10,179 bases of DNA from Janibacter sp. GXQ6167 (GCF_041365945.1 NZ_JBGFSK010000017.1:2555-12733), one strand, 5' to 3'. Counted from the stretch's first letter, positions 1 through 7,019 are shown. A program made the numbers and translations. The notes: a model not told the origin generated them from the sequence alone.

Positions 1-612
1 GCATCTTCGGACATTACATTCACCTTCTTCTGCTTTCTCTCACTGCCGCCCTTCCCCATGTGCCCGGCTTTCCCGGCCTCGGAGTACTACGACGGCTCCG
101 CCCCACCCGCACCCTTCGGCTGGCAACGCACCTATCCCCACCAATGCGGGGAGCGGAATGCGGATGGTTCCCACGTTCACTGTTGTTCGGTTGACGGGCG
201 AGGCGTCCGGCTTTACCCCTGCGGCATCGTCGTGGCTACGCCGTAGACCTTCACCACGACCTGCCGGACCCGACACATACCACCGTTCCGACAGTTCCCC
301 ACCCGCCACGACCATCAACGATGGCCCCGACAAGCGGTTACGCACCGCAAACCAGCCCCGATCCACCGGGTTAGAGCTGGGCGACGATCAAGAGGCTTTA
401 CGACACCGGTTCCTCTCGTACACCTTCCCGCCTTGCTCACCAGACACGGCCCATCCGGTAGTACTGGACCGTCCTGACTATGTCACGGCTGCTCCCACCC
501 ACCCCAGGCGTTCCCCCAGGACAGGCTGCCGTCAGCTTCACTCGGCCGCTACGACGGCCAATCGATCAAGGTCTCTCACCTCCATCCGATACAACAGCGC
601 CTCGTGGCGCAC
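1..612 (-). mobile_element. Probable group II intron, 5' portion (domains I-III up to the start of the intron-encoded ORF); continues beyond window start
   Basis: On the minus strand, ISL3 transposase similarity stops at ...GTCGACGAGCACGTC (627-613). The next bases are GTGCG (612-608), the canonical group II intron 5' end. About 600 nt follow with no credible ORF; the 108-aa ORF at 40-366 is G/R/V-rich noise. This stretch is GC-rich with many short stems, e.g. GTCGTGG/CCACGAC at 226-232 and 253-259. It ends in the purine-rich AGAAGAAGGTGAATGTA followed by ATG TCC GAA GAT GC at the window edge. That distance is where the domain IV reverse-transcriptase ORF usually begins. No covariance model was run. 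Confidence 0.5.
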
Positions 613-1123
613 GACGTGCTCGTCGACACCGATCGTGGTGACCCCGTCGAACCGACCAGGATCGTCGATCAGGCGCCGCTTGCCCTCCGCGAGCACCGCA
701 GTGTTCGCGGCGCTCCAGGAAACCCCAAGACCGGCGGCGACACGGGTCACGGTGAGGTGGTCGACGACGATGCCCCGCAGCGCCCACTCCACGCCGAGGC
801 GGGAGATCTTCGCTCGTGGCGCGGCGGCGCGAGTCATGTCCCGCCGCCACGTCCGCCGGCAGTGCGCGCACCGGTAGCGGCGGACCCGGACCAGAAGCGT
901 TGTCGGCCTATGCCCGAACGGCTCATGCGCGAGTCGACGCGTCACCGTGTCCCGCGACACACCCCTCCGCCCCGCACTTCCGACACCAGGGGTCCACCTC
1001 GACCGACCGACACTCGATCATCGCCCGGTCCCGCTCGAGCAGCTGGCCGACCGCTTCGAGCCCGAGTTCATCGAGGCGGCAGAACGTGGTCAGGTCAGGG
1101 GTCGCGAAAGTAGGGTGGAGCAC
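613..1123 (-). pseudogene. ISL3-family transposase, N-terminal ~170 codons; frameshifted and interrupted
   Basis: Two track ORFs on the minus strand join into one protein. ORF 923-1123 reads MLHPTFATPDLTTFCRLDELGLEAVGQLLERDRAMIECRSVEVDPWCRKCGAEG. ORF 538-960 reads SRDTVTRRLAHEPFGHRPTTLLVRVRRYRCAHCRRTWRRD...TTIGVDEHV. Together they match the conserved ISL3 N-terminus (CxxC...CxxC Zn finger, then HTH, then VDEHxWRH). The join needs removal of one G from the GGGG run at about 962-965 (plus-strand CCCC). Similarity ends at 613. Confidence 0.85.
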
Positions 1124-1210
1124 GTCGAGGTCTTTCGGGATGGCGAGCGTGAAGAACTTCCATCATCCGGGAGACCTCGACCCCTACCCGGCTGCCAACG
1201 CGCTCACCCG

Positions 1211-1235
1211 ACTACACCCTCATTCGTGAAGAGCC
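1211..1235 (-). repeat. Terminal inverted repeat (IRL) of the ISL3-family element
   Basis: The minus strand reads 5'-GGCTCTTCACGAATGAGGGTGTAGT. The outer boundary coincides with the loss of integrase-like coding sequence. The inner extent is approximate because the partner IR is outside the window. Confidence 0.55.
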
Positions 1236-1653
1236 CGATAAGACGGGCGACGTTGCGGCTGACGAGTTCGTCGCGCATCGCGCGGGTCAGGGCGGCGGAC
1301 AGTACGGTGCGGAACTTCTGTGCGGTGCGGATTGAGTGGCCCTCGTCGAGCAGCGCGCAGGCGGCGTTCTGCACGTCGCGCACGGTGAGCTGGGTCAGGC
1401 GCTTGCTGCCGATGCGAGGAAGGATGTGCAGTCGCACGACGCCCTCGTATCCCCGTGCGGTGTTGCGTCGGTTGCGGCGCGGCACGACTGTCTCTAGCCA
1501 CTGCTGCAGATAGCCGGCGACCGTGACCTGTGAGTTCGGGGTCAGGATGCCGCGGCCCTCGTGCCGCGGCCCGCCCGGGCGCTTGCGTCGCCTTGCGACC
1601 CGCCGGATCGGCTCGAAAAGACGTTCTGTGGTATATCTATTACGAGAGGCCAT
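1236..1653 (-). pseudogene. Tyrosine recombinase/phage integrase, N-terminal SAM-like (core-binding) domain only; catalytic domain removed by the IS insertion
   Basis: Part of track ORF 1204-1857 (-). The segment TVAGYLQQWLETVVPRRNRRNTARGYEGVVRLHILPRIGSKRLTQLTVRDVQNAACALLDEGHSIRTAQKFRTVLSAALTRAMRDELVSRNVARLI matches the integrase N-terminal SAM-like pattern. The last 11 codons and the stop (GLFTNEGVVG*) are encoded by the IS terminal repeat. ATG at 1653 is the first plausible start. No R..HxxR..Y catalytic domain is present. Confidence 0.85.
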
Positions 1654-1661
1654 ATACAGGA
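1635..1661 (+). promoter_or_regulatory. AT-rich motif copy A (ATCTATT-N7-GCCATATACAGGA), upstream of the six-gene cluster; candidate operator or promoter element
   Basis: ATCTATT lies at 1635-1641 and GCCATATACAGGA at 1649-1661. The same 7-mer and 13-mer occur contiguously on the minus strand at 9283-9264, upstream of the XRE gene. This is one of very few AT-rich patches in the window. The site lies ~55 nt upstream of the GTG start at 1715. Confidence 0.5.
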
Positions 1662-1714
1662 TGCACCTGGGCCTTGTCTGGGGGCTACCCAGATCGAGTC
1701 TGGAGGTGTACGGC

Positions 1715-2329
1715 GTGGCCGCGCGAGTCGTCGATGTGCGTTGTCCGGGATGCGGGAGCGCCTGGAGCACCAACCAGCAGTTCTGCCAGTACTGCGGTCG
1801 CCAGGTGCTGATCAGCTCGATGTCCGACCTGATCAGCCTGGAAGCGCGCGACCTCAAGAAGCACGTCCGTACCTACGAGGACGCGCTGGACGAGGGCGCC
1901 GATGATCCGAGCGTGCATGCGGCGCTCGGCATGTGCCTGCTCAAGCTGGGGCTGCGCGACAAGGCGCTGTCGCACTTCGAGGATGCGCTGCTCGATGACA
2001 TCGAGAACTCGGAACCGTACTTCTACGCCGCCGTCGCGTCGCTGGGTGGCAAGAAGCCGTTCCTGGTTCCGCTGGCTGGCATCCGCCGCGCGGAGGAGTA
2101 CCTCACGGCGGCGCTGCGGCTCGAGGAGCGCGGAATCTACGCCTACCTCTACGGGTACATCCGCTTCGACTACTACGAGCGCAAGTCGCTGAACGTCGAG
2201 CCGTCGTACCAGCACTACCTGCAGCAGGCAGTGCTTCGCGGTGTGACCGATCTGGACATCCAGACGCTGTTCGAGCTGCTGGAGATCGTCCCTTCGTCCG
2301 CTTCCATTCCGACCAGCGTTTCCGCCTGA
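1715..2329 (+). CDS. Zn-ribbon plus TPR-like repeat protein (hypothetical)
   Basis: Track ORF 1523-2329. I place the start at GTG 1715, which has GGAGG at 1702-1706 with an 8-nt spacer. In-frame alternatives are ATG 1661 and GTG 1736. The N-terminus carries CPGCGSAWSTNQQFCQYCG (CxxC-x11-CxxC zinc ribbon). HAALGMCLLKLGLRDKALSHFEDAL is a textbook TPR-like helix pair. The rest is helical and shows high-GC third-position codon use. Confidence 0.8.
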   Translation: MAARVVDVRCPGCGSAWSTNQQFCQYCGRQVLISSMSDLISLEARDLKKHVRTYEDALDEGADDPSVHAALGMCLLKLGLRDKALSHFEDALLDDIENSEPYFYAAVASLGGKKPFLVPLAGIRRAEEYLTAALRLEERGIYAYLYGYIRFDYYERKSLNVEPSYQHYLQQAVLRGVTDLDIQTLFELLEIVPSSASIPTSVSA

Positions 2330-2365
2330 CCCCTGTTCTAACCACCCGAGAGAGGTTCCTTCGCA

Positions 2366-3061
2366 ATGGCCATCAACTATGAGCGCAACAAGAAGTACTT
2401 CAAGCAGTCCAGCCCCAAGGCCGGCATCATCCTGATCGTGATCGGCCTGGTGCTGACGCTCGCCCTCCCCGAGGCGGGCAAGCTCGTCGGCATCCTGGGC
2501 ATCCTGGGTGGCGCGGCGCTGATCTACTTCCAGTTCGCGGGCAAGCCGAGCGACGCGGACATCGACTCGGACGCTGCTGCCGCCATCGCGGACGTGAAGA
2601 AGCGCGCGCTGGGCAAGCTCGGTCTGGACGAGGACGAGGTCAAGCTCATCGACCCGGTGATCGTTCACGGCTACTACTACAAGAACATCGCCTCGGGCGT
2701 GCAGGTCAAGCTCGGCAAGGACCGCGTCTTCCGTTCCTCGAACTACGAGGGCGTCGTGCTGTTCTTCAGCGAGCACCAGCTGCACGCGTTCAAGTTCCAG
2801 TTCTCTCTCGTCTCGCCGCAGGAGAGCCGCGAGCAGACCGACGAGTACTTCTACAAGGACGTCGTGTCGGTGGCGACGCAGTCGGAGACGTTCAAGATCA
2901 ACGACATCAAGGGCAACAGCCAGCAGGTCAACTTCGAGGAGTTCAAGCTCACCACCACGGGTGGCACCTCGATCACTTCGTCGATCCGCGACGAGGGCTC
3001 GGTCAGCCGCGTCATCTCCGGCGCGCGCAGCCTGATTCGCGAGAAGAAGATCGCGTCCTGA
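2366..3061 (+). CDS. Membrane protein: N-terminal 2-TM hairpin plus beta-rich soluble C-terminal domain (possibly PH-like); function unknown
   Basis: ATG 2366 has GAGAGAGG ~10 nt upstream. The TM segments are AGIILIVIGLVLTLALP and LVGILGILGGAALIYFQF (about 2420-2536). The C-domain has alternating strand-like segments (VIVHGYYY, VVLFFSEHQLHAFKFQFSL, EYFYKDVVSVAT, FKLTTTGGTSI). I recognise no catalytic motif. Confidence 0.85.
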   Translation: MAINYERNKKYFKQSSPKAGIILIVIGLVLTLALPEAGKLVGILGILGGAALIYFQFAGKPSDADIDSDAAAAIADVKKRALGKLGLDEDEVKLIDPVIVHGYYYKNIASGVQVKLGKDRVFRSSNYEGVVLFFSEHQLHAFKFQFSLVSPQESREQTDEYFYKDVVSVATQSETFKINDIKGNSQQVNFEEFKLTTTGGTSITSSIRDEGSVSRVISGARSLIREKKIAS

Positions 3062-3076
3062 CCCCGAGTTCTCTGC

Positions 3077-3115
3077 GTGCCGGGGCCGGTCGGCAGTCGC
3101 CACCGGCTCCGGCAC
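3077..3115 (+). promoter_or_regulatory. Intergenic GC-rich stem-loop (14-bp stem, 11-nt loop); possible partial terminator, attenuator or RNA-stability element
   Basis: GTGCCGGGGCCGGT (3077-3090) pairs with ACCGGCTCCGGCAC (3102-3115). There are 13 Watson-Crick pairs plus one G-U. It sits in the only sizeable intergenic gap of the cluster (3062-3156). No U-tract follows. Confidence 0.5.
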
Positions 3116-3156
3116 ACCAATTCCGCTGCCCGAGCGTGACGTGAGGAGTGTGCCGT

Positions 3157-5841
3157 ATGCCCGCAGGCGACGCGCCCCTGACGTTCACGCCTCTCGCGCA
3201 GGGTGAAGTAGCCGCTGCTACGGTGGTCGAGGTCGTCCGCATCCCGCACGTCTCCGTGCTGGGCGATGATCCGGCTGCCGAGCTGGTGCAGCAGTCCAAG
3301 CGGGACTTCGTCAGCCTGCTGTTCGAGGCGTACCAGTCGTACCGCGGACAGTACGAGGACGGCCCCGACCGAGCTAGCGACTGCGCTCTGGAACTGCTTT
3401 GGCAAGCACACCCCATTCAGGGCCAGCCGCACGCCGCCGACCTCACGCTATTCATCATCGTTCGCGCGATCGGCGCGAACCGGGACGACGCAGCGGCGGT
3501 TGTCAACGAGCTGCACGCTGTCGTGATCAGCGCGCTCACGCTCGGCGGCTTCGACTACGCAGATCGTCCTGCCTCCGCGATCGGCGCCCAGGCGGCGGAA
3601 CGGTCGGTTGCGCTCGTGAAGGAGGAGTGGATTGAGAACCTCGGCAACCAGATCCTGCCGAGCGCCTTCGCCTTCCACCGTATCCCCACGGGCAGCCGTG
3701 ATCTCTCACGTATCGCCAGCGCCCTAACCGAGGTGCCCGGTGCGTCCCTCTCGGTTCAGCTGATCCCGGCGACACTGGAGCCTGACGAGCGGACTGCTAT
3801 CGAGCAGCTGACGCTGGCGCTCACGACCCTCGCCAACGGTGTGACGGATCAGTCGATCGGTACCGTCAGCTTCACCGCGGCGAAGCGCCTCGCGGAGATG
3901 TACTCGTATCTGGAGGGGCACAAGGACTCGCCCCTGTTTCTGTTTAACGTCGTCGTCTCCGGGCCGAAGCTCGCCGTGCCGGTGATCGCCAACCGGGTGC
4001 TCGGTCACCTCTCCGCCGACGCCGAGGTAGGCGCGCTGGCGGCACGCTTCGTCGACGCCACAGCCCTGGTGCCACGAGGCGATGCGTCCTTCGTCGCTGC
4101 ACCGTGGCAGCTGAACGAGACGCTGCTCGACCAGACTCGTGATCCGTCGCTCTGGGCGGCGGGCCGCAATCCCGGTGAGGCATTCTACCGGCTGCCGTTC
4201 CTGCTGACGGCATTCGAGGCATCGGAGTTGTTCCGTCTGCCGATCGGCAGTGACACGGTCGGCGCCGGGCTGACGGTGAACACCACGACCCGGCACTCGC
4301 GCAACTACTCGGCCGGCGTGATCGGGAGCTCGAGCATCGAAGCCGGGCGACTCGCCGGGGCGGCCGAGGTCTCGATCGGGTTCGGGCATACCGACCTGAC
4401 CAAGCACGCTTTCGTCACGGGGACGCCCGGTTCGGGTAAGACGACGTTCACGGTCGGGCTGCTCGACCGGCTCTGGCACGAGCACGGCATCCCGTATCTG
4501 GTGATCGAGCCGGCGAAGAACGAGTACCGGGCGCTGATCGAGACGACGCCGGATCTGCAGGTGTTCACCCCGGGCAAGGATCATCTGTCTCCGCTTGTGC
4601 TGAACCCGTTCCTGCCGCCAGCGGGCGTGCGGGTGCAGAGCTACAAGTCGACCCTCAAGACGGCGTTCGCAGCCGCGGTCACGATGACGAGCCCCCTGGA
4701 CAAGATCTTCGAGGACGCCCTCTCAGCCACGTACTCGCGGTTTGGCTGGTTCGATGCCGACACAGCCGCCGATGGCCGTGAGGTGTTCTCTATCCGCGAC
4801 TTCCTGGCCGTTTTCCAGGAGACCTTCGTCCGCATCGGCTACACCGGAGACGCGGCCAACATCGGACGAGCAGGCCAGGTGCGCCTGCAGAGTCTGGTTG
4901 GCCTGTTCGACACCTACCCTTCGATCCCTGTCGAGGATCTGCTGTCGAAACCCACGGTAATCGAGCTGGCAGGGATCGAGAACAGCGACGACAAGGCCCT
5001 CTACATCGCGCTCATCCTGCTGCAGGTCCTCGCCTACGTGAACGCCAACGTCGCCGGCGACGGGAAACTCAAGCACGTCCTCCTGCTCGAAGAAGCCCAC
5101 GTCTTGCTCGACGCCGACGACGCCAGCGGACCGGGCGAAGCGGACCCCGCCGCGATTGCGAAGAAGCTGCTCAAACGCATGTTGGCCGAGATCCGCTCCT
5201 ACGGCGTCGGCATCATCGTGGCCGATCAGTCGCCACGCAAGGTCGGCTCGGACGTGGTGGCGCTCACGAACATCAAGCTCGGGTTCCGGCTGGTCGAGGC
5301 CGCAGACAAGGAGATCCTGGCCGAGAGCACCAACATGAGCGACGCGCAGCGCGAGCGGCTGGCGCGGCTCCGGCCGGGCGAGGCACTCCTGTTCTACGAC
5401 CGCCTCGAAGACCCCGAGGAGATCGCCACAGCCGACTGGCGCGCCCAGCGCGGCATCCCGACGTTCGTGTCCGATGAGGAGATCGCCCGAAAGGTCACTT
5501 ACTGGCAGCGGCACCCGGAACTGCTCATGCCATACCCGGAGAGCGCCTACATCGGGGGCTGGGACGCCTCGGTTGCCGGTGCGGGCAAGGAGATCGCCCG
5601 GCGCCTCTTCGCCGCGCACGTCCCGGCCGGCGATGTCGGCGTCAAGAGATTCGGCAGCATCTACCGGCAGCTCGATGCGTTCATCGCCGCCGAACTTCCC
5701 GCGTCGATCCCGAACACGCCGGCCCTGCGGCGAGCGGTCAAGGTCAACTTCCTGCGGCTGGTCAAGTACGAGTCGCAGATCCCACTGTCGGACGCCACGA
5801 TCCACAAGACCCTCGAAGCCGAGAGGAGCCGCACAGCATGA
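3157..5841 (+). CDS. HerA/FtsK-superfamily P-loop ATPase (DUF87/HerA-like C-terminal half) with a ~420-aa uncharacterised N-terminal region
   Basis: Track ORF 3148-5841. ATG 3157 is preferred, with GAGGAG at 3143-3148 and an 8-nt spacer. Walker A is GTPGSGKTT (4420-4446). YLVIEPAKNEYRAL follows it. Walker B is VLLLEEAH (5077-5100). IIVADQSPRKV, TNIKLGFRL and LRPGEALLF match the motif order of HerA-type hexameric ATPases. Confidence 0.93.
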   Translation: MPAGDAPLTFTPLAQGEVAAATVVEVVRIPHVSVLGDDPAAELVQQSKRDFVSLLFEAYQSYRGQYEDGPDRASDCALELLWQAHPIQGQPHAADLTLFIIVRAIGANRDDAAAVVNELHAVVISALTLGGFDYADRPASAIGAQAAERSVALVKEEWIENLGNQILPSAFAFHRIPTGSRDLSRIASALTEVPGASLSVQLIPATLEPDERTAIEQLTLALTTLANGVTDQSIGTVSFTAAKRLAEMYSYLEGHKDSPLFLFNVVVSGPKLAVPVIANRVLGHLSADAEVGALAARFVDATALVPRGDASFVAAPWQLNETLLDQTRDPSLWAAGRNPGEAFYRLPFLLTAFEASELFRLPIGSDTVGAGLTVNTTTRHSRNYSAGVIGSSSIEAGRLAGAAEVSIGFGHTDLTKHAFVTGTPGSGKTTFTVGLLDRLWHEHGIPYLVIEPAKNEYRALIETTPDLQVFTPGKDHLSPLVLNPFLPPAGVRVQSYKSTLKTAFAAAVTMTSPLDKIFEDALSATYSRFGWFDADTAADGREVFSIRDFLAVFQETFVRIGYTGDAANIGRAGQVRLQSLVGLFDTYPSIPVEDLLSKPTVIELAGIENSDDKALYIALILLQVLAYVNANVAGDGKLKHVLLLEEAHVLLDADDASGPGEADPAAIAKKLLKRMLAEIRSYGVGIIVADQSPRKVGSDVVALTNIKLGFRLVEAADKEILAESTNMSDAQRERLARLRPGEALLFYDRLEDPEEIATADWRAQRGIPTFVSDEEIARKVTYWQRHPELLMPYPESAYIGGWDASVAGAGKEIARRLFAAHVPAGDVGVKRFGSIYRQLDAFIAAELPASIPNTPALRRAVKVNFLRLVKYESQIPLSDATIHKTLEAERSRTA

Positions 5842-7019
5842 GCGACTACGGCACCGACATTGCAGACGCCCCCGTCGACACCGGCGCGGACGTCAGCGTG
5901 CCCGATACGACCGACTACGCCGACGAGCCGGTCGACCTGGCCGAGACCCCGCCCGAGTCGGAGGCGCCCGAGGCCGAGGAGGCGCCGCCCGCCGAAGACC
6001 TCTCGGAGCCCGCAGCAGATGAACTGAGCGGCACGGCGGAGACGCCGGCGGATGCGGAGGCACCCGTCGACCTGGGCGCGGCCCCGGAAACGGCCGACGC
6101 CGCCCCGGAACAGCCCCAGGACTGGCAGGAGGGCGAGGTCGTCGATCTCGGCGACGACGCTGCCCCCGACGCCCCGCAGGAGGACGAGACCGCCGAGGCG
6201 GACGATCCTGCCGGGCGCGACCTGGGTGATCCCGACCTGGCCGACAGCCCGGAGGCCGAGGCTCCCACGGATAGCGCCGGTGAGGATCTGACGACACCGA
6301 CGGACGACGAACCGGGCGCCGGTGATGCGCCGACTGACGCCGACGAGCAGGTACCTGAGGCGGCGGAGATTGAGCCCGAGGCCGCAAACGACGTGACGGA
6401 TGCCGAACCCGAGCCCAGGGTCGATGAGTTGACAGAGGCGGCCCGGGATGAGGCCCGCCCCGCCGACGAGCTGCGCGCCGAGTACTACGCCGACGTGGCT
6501 GATGTGCTGGCCGATGACACACCATCCGACGCCGAGCCGGTCGAGACGCAGGACACTCCCGGAGCAGACGCTGCCGAGGCGCCGGAGTCGAGCGATCACG
6601 CGGACGCCGCCAATGACCGCAGCAACTCCCCAGAGAACGAGGCACTGACCTCGGCGCTAGCCGAGAAAGGCCTGTCGCTGGAGCCGGTCGATCGCTTCGA
6701 CTACAGCGACAACCCGGTTCTCGGCTACCGCGAGTCCGCCCCGCCCGAAGACGTCGCGTACGCCGTCAACGCCTGGAACGACGAGATCGCGCCCGGCATC
6801 GCGGCCGGCGCGACCCGTGAGGACTTCGCCGCCTACGACCAGGAGCACGGCCTCGAAGGGCAGCGGCAGCTGGCCGGCGTCTACGACTACATGCTCGGCG
6901 GCGACGCGATCAAGAGCGGCGGAGAGCGCGAGGACGGATCGCTCGACGTCACCGGCGGCAGGCACCGCCTGGAACAGGCGCGTCTGAACGGCGTCCAGTA
7001 CCTGCCCGTGAGGAAGTAG
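5838..7019 (+). CDS. Hyper-acidic, low-complexity protein with a C-terminal ParB/Srx-like (GxHR) domain; function unknown
   Basis: ATG 5838 overlaps the ATPase stop (ATGA), and GAGGAG lies at 5823-5828. By hand count the first ~270 aa hold about 89 D/E, 6 R and 0 K, and are rich in P, A and T. The last ~115 aa are ordinary in composition. They end DGSLDVTGGRHRLEQARLNGVQYLPV, which resembles the ParB-N/sulfiredoxin-fold signature (x-G-x-H-R-x2-A-x4-G-x4-P-V). Confidence 0.85.
   Translation: MSDYGTDIADAPVDTGADVSVPDTTDYADEPVDLAETPPESEAPEAEEAPPAEDLSEPAADELSGTAETPADAEAPVDLGAAPETADAAPEQPQDWQEGEVVDLGDDAAPDAPQEDETAEADDPAGRDLGDPDLADSPEAEAPTDSAGEDLTTPTDDEPGAGDAPTDADEQVPEAAEIEPEAANDVTDAEPEPRVDELTEAARDEARPADELRAEYYADVADVLADDTPSDAEPVETQDTPGADAAEAPESSDHADAANDRSNSPENEALTSALAEKGLSLEPVDRFDYSDNPVLGYRESAPPEDVAYAVNAWNDEIAPGIAAGATREDFAAYDQEHGLEGQRQLAGVYDYMLGGDAIKSGGEREDGSLDVTGGRHRLEQARLNGVQYLPVRK

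Larger units (their letters stand above)
613..1235 (-). mobile_element. ISL3-family insertion sequence, left end (terminal IR plus 5' half of the transposase gene), truncated or interrupted at 612/613
   Basis: The minus strand starts GGCTCTTCACGAATGAGGGTGTAG at 1235, matching the GGCTCTT terminus typical of ISL3-family IRs. The transposase start lies ~110 nt downstream at 1123. The transposase N-terminal Zn-finger and HTH regions are recognisable. Confidence 0.8.

Noticed and set aside
158-877. 239-aa plus-strand ORF, plus other plus-strand ORFs at 604-1113, 816-1229 and 947-1513 across the IS/intron region
   Set aside because: Their translations are Pro/Arg/Ser/Thr-rich nonsense. They run antisense to recognisable ISL3 transposase and integrase coding sequence and across the noncoding intron-like segment.
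1523-1714. Upstream extension of the Zn-ribbon/TPR ORF (track start 1523; in-frame ATG at 1661)
   Set aside because: 1523-1653 overlaps the integrase fragment on the other strand. Codons between 1661 and 1714 include ctt, cta, aga and agt, which is atypical for this GC3-rich coding style. A GGAGG at 1702-1706 precedes the GTG at 1715. The start remains uncertain, and 1661 or 1736 are possible.
1685-3115. 476-aa minus-strand ORF, plus similar long antisense ORFs at 3724-4584, 4723-5805, 5661-6599, 5893-6645, 6949-7749 and 8157-8852
   Set aside because: These are typical high-GC shadow ORFs. Their translations are R/A/G/L/V/D-rich with no motifs. Each lies fully antisense to a plus-strand gene with clear domain signatures, RBSs and translational coupling.
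3148-3156. GTG 3148 as the ATPase start
   Set aside because: It lies inside the GAGGAG Shine-Dalgarno sequence. ATG 3157 has proper 8-nt spacing.
5838-6647. Possible tandem repeat or CRISPR-like periodicity in the acidic region
   Set aside because: There are only loose recurring short strings (GCCGAGGC, GACGAC, CCCGAG). I found no fixed period or spacer structure. It is compositional low complexity inside a coding frame.
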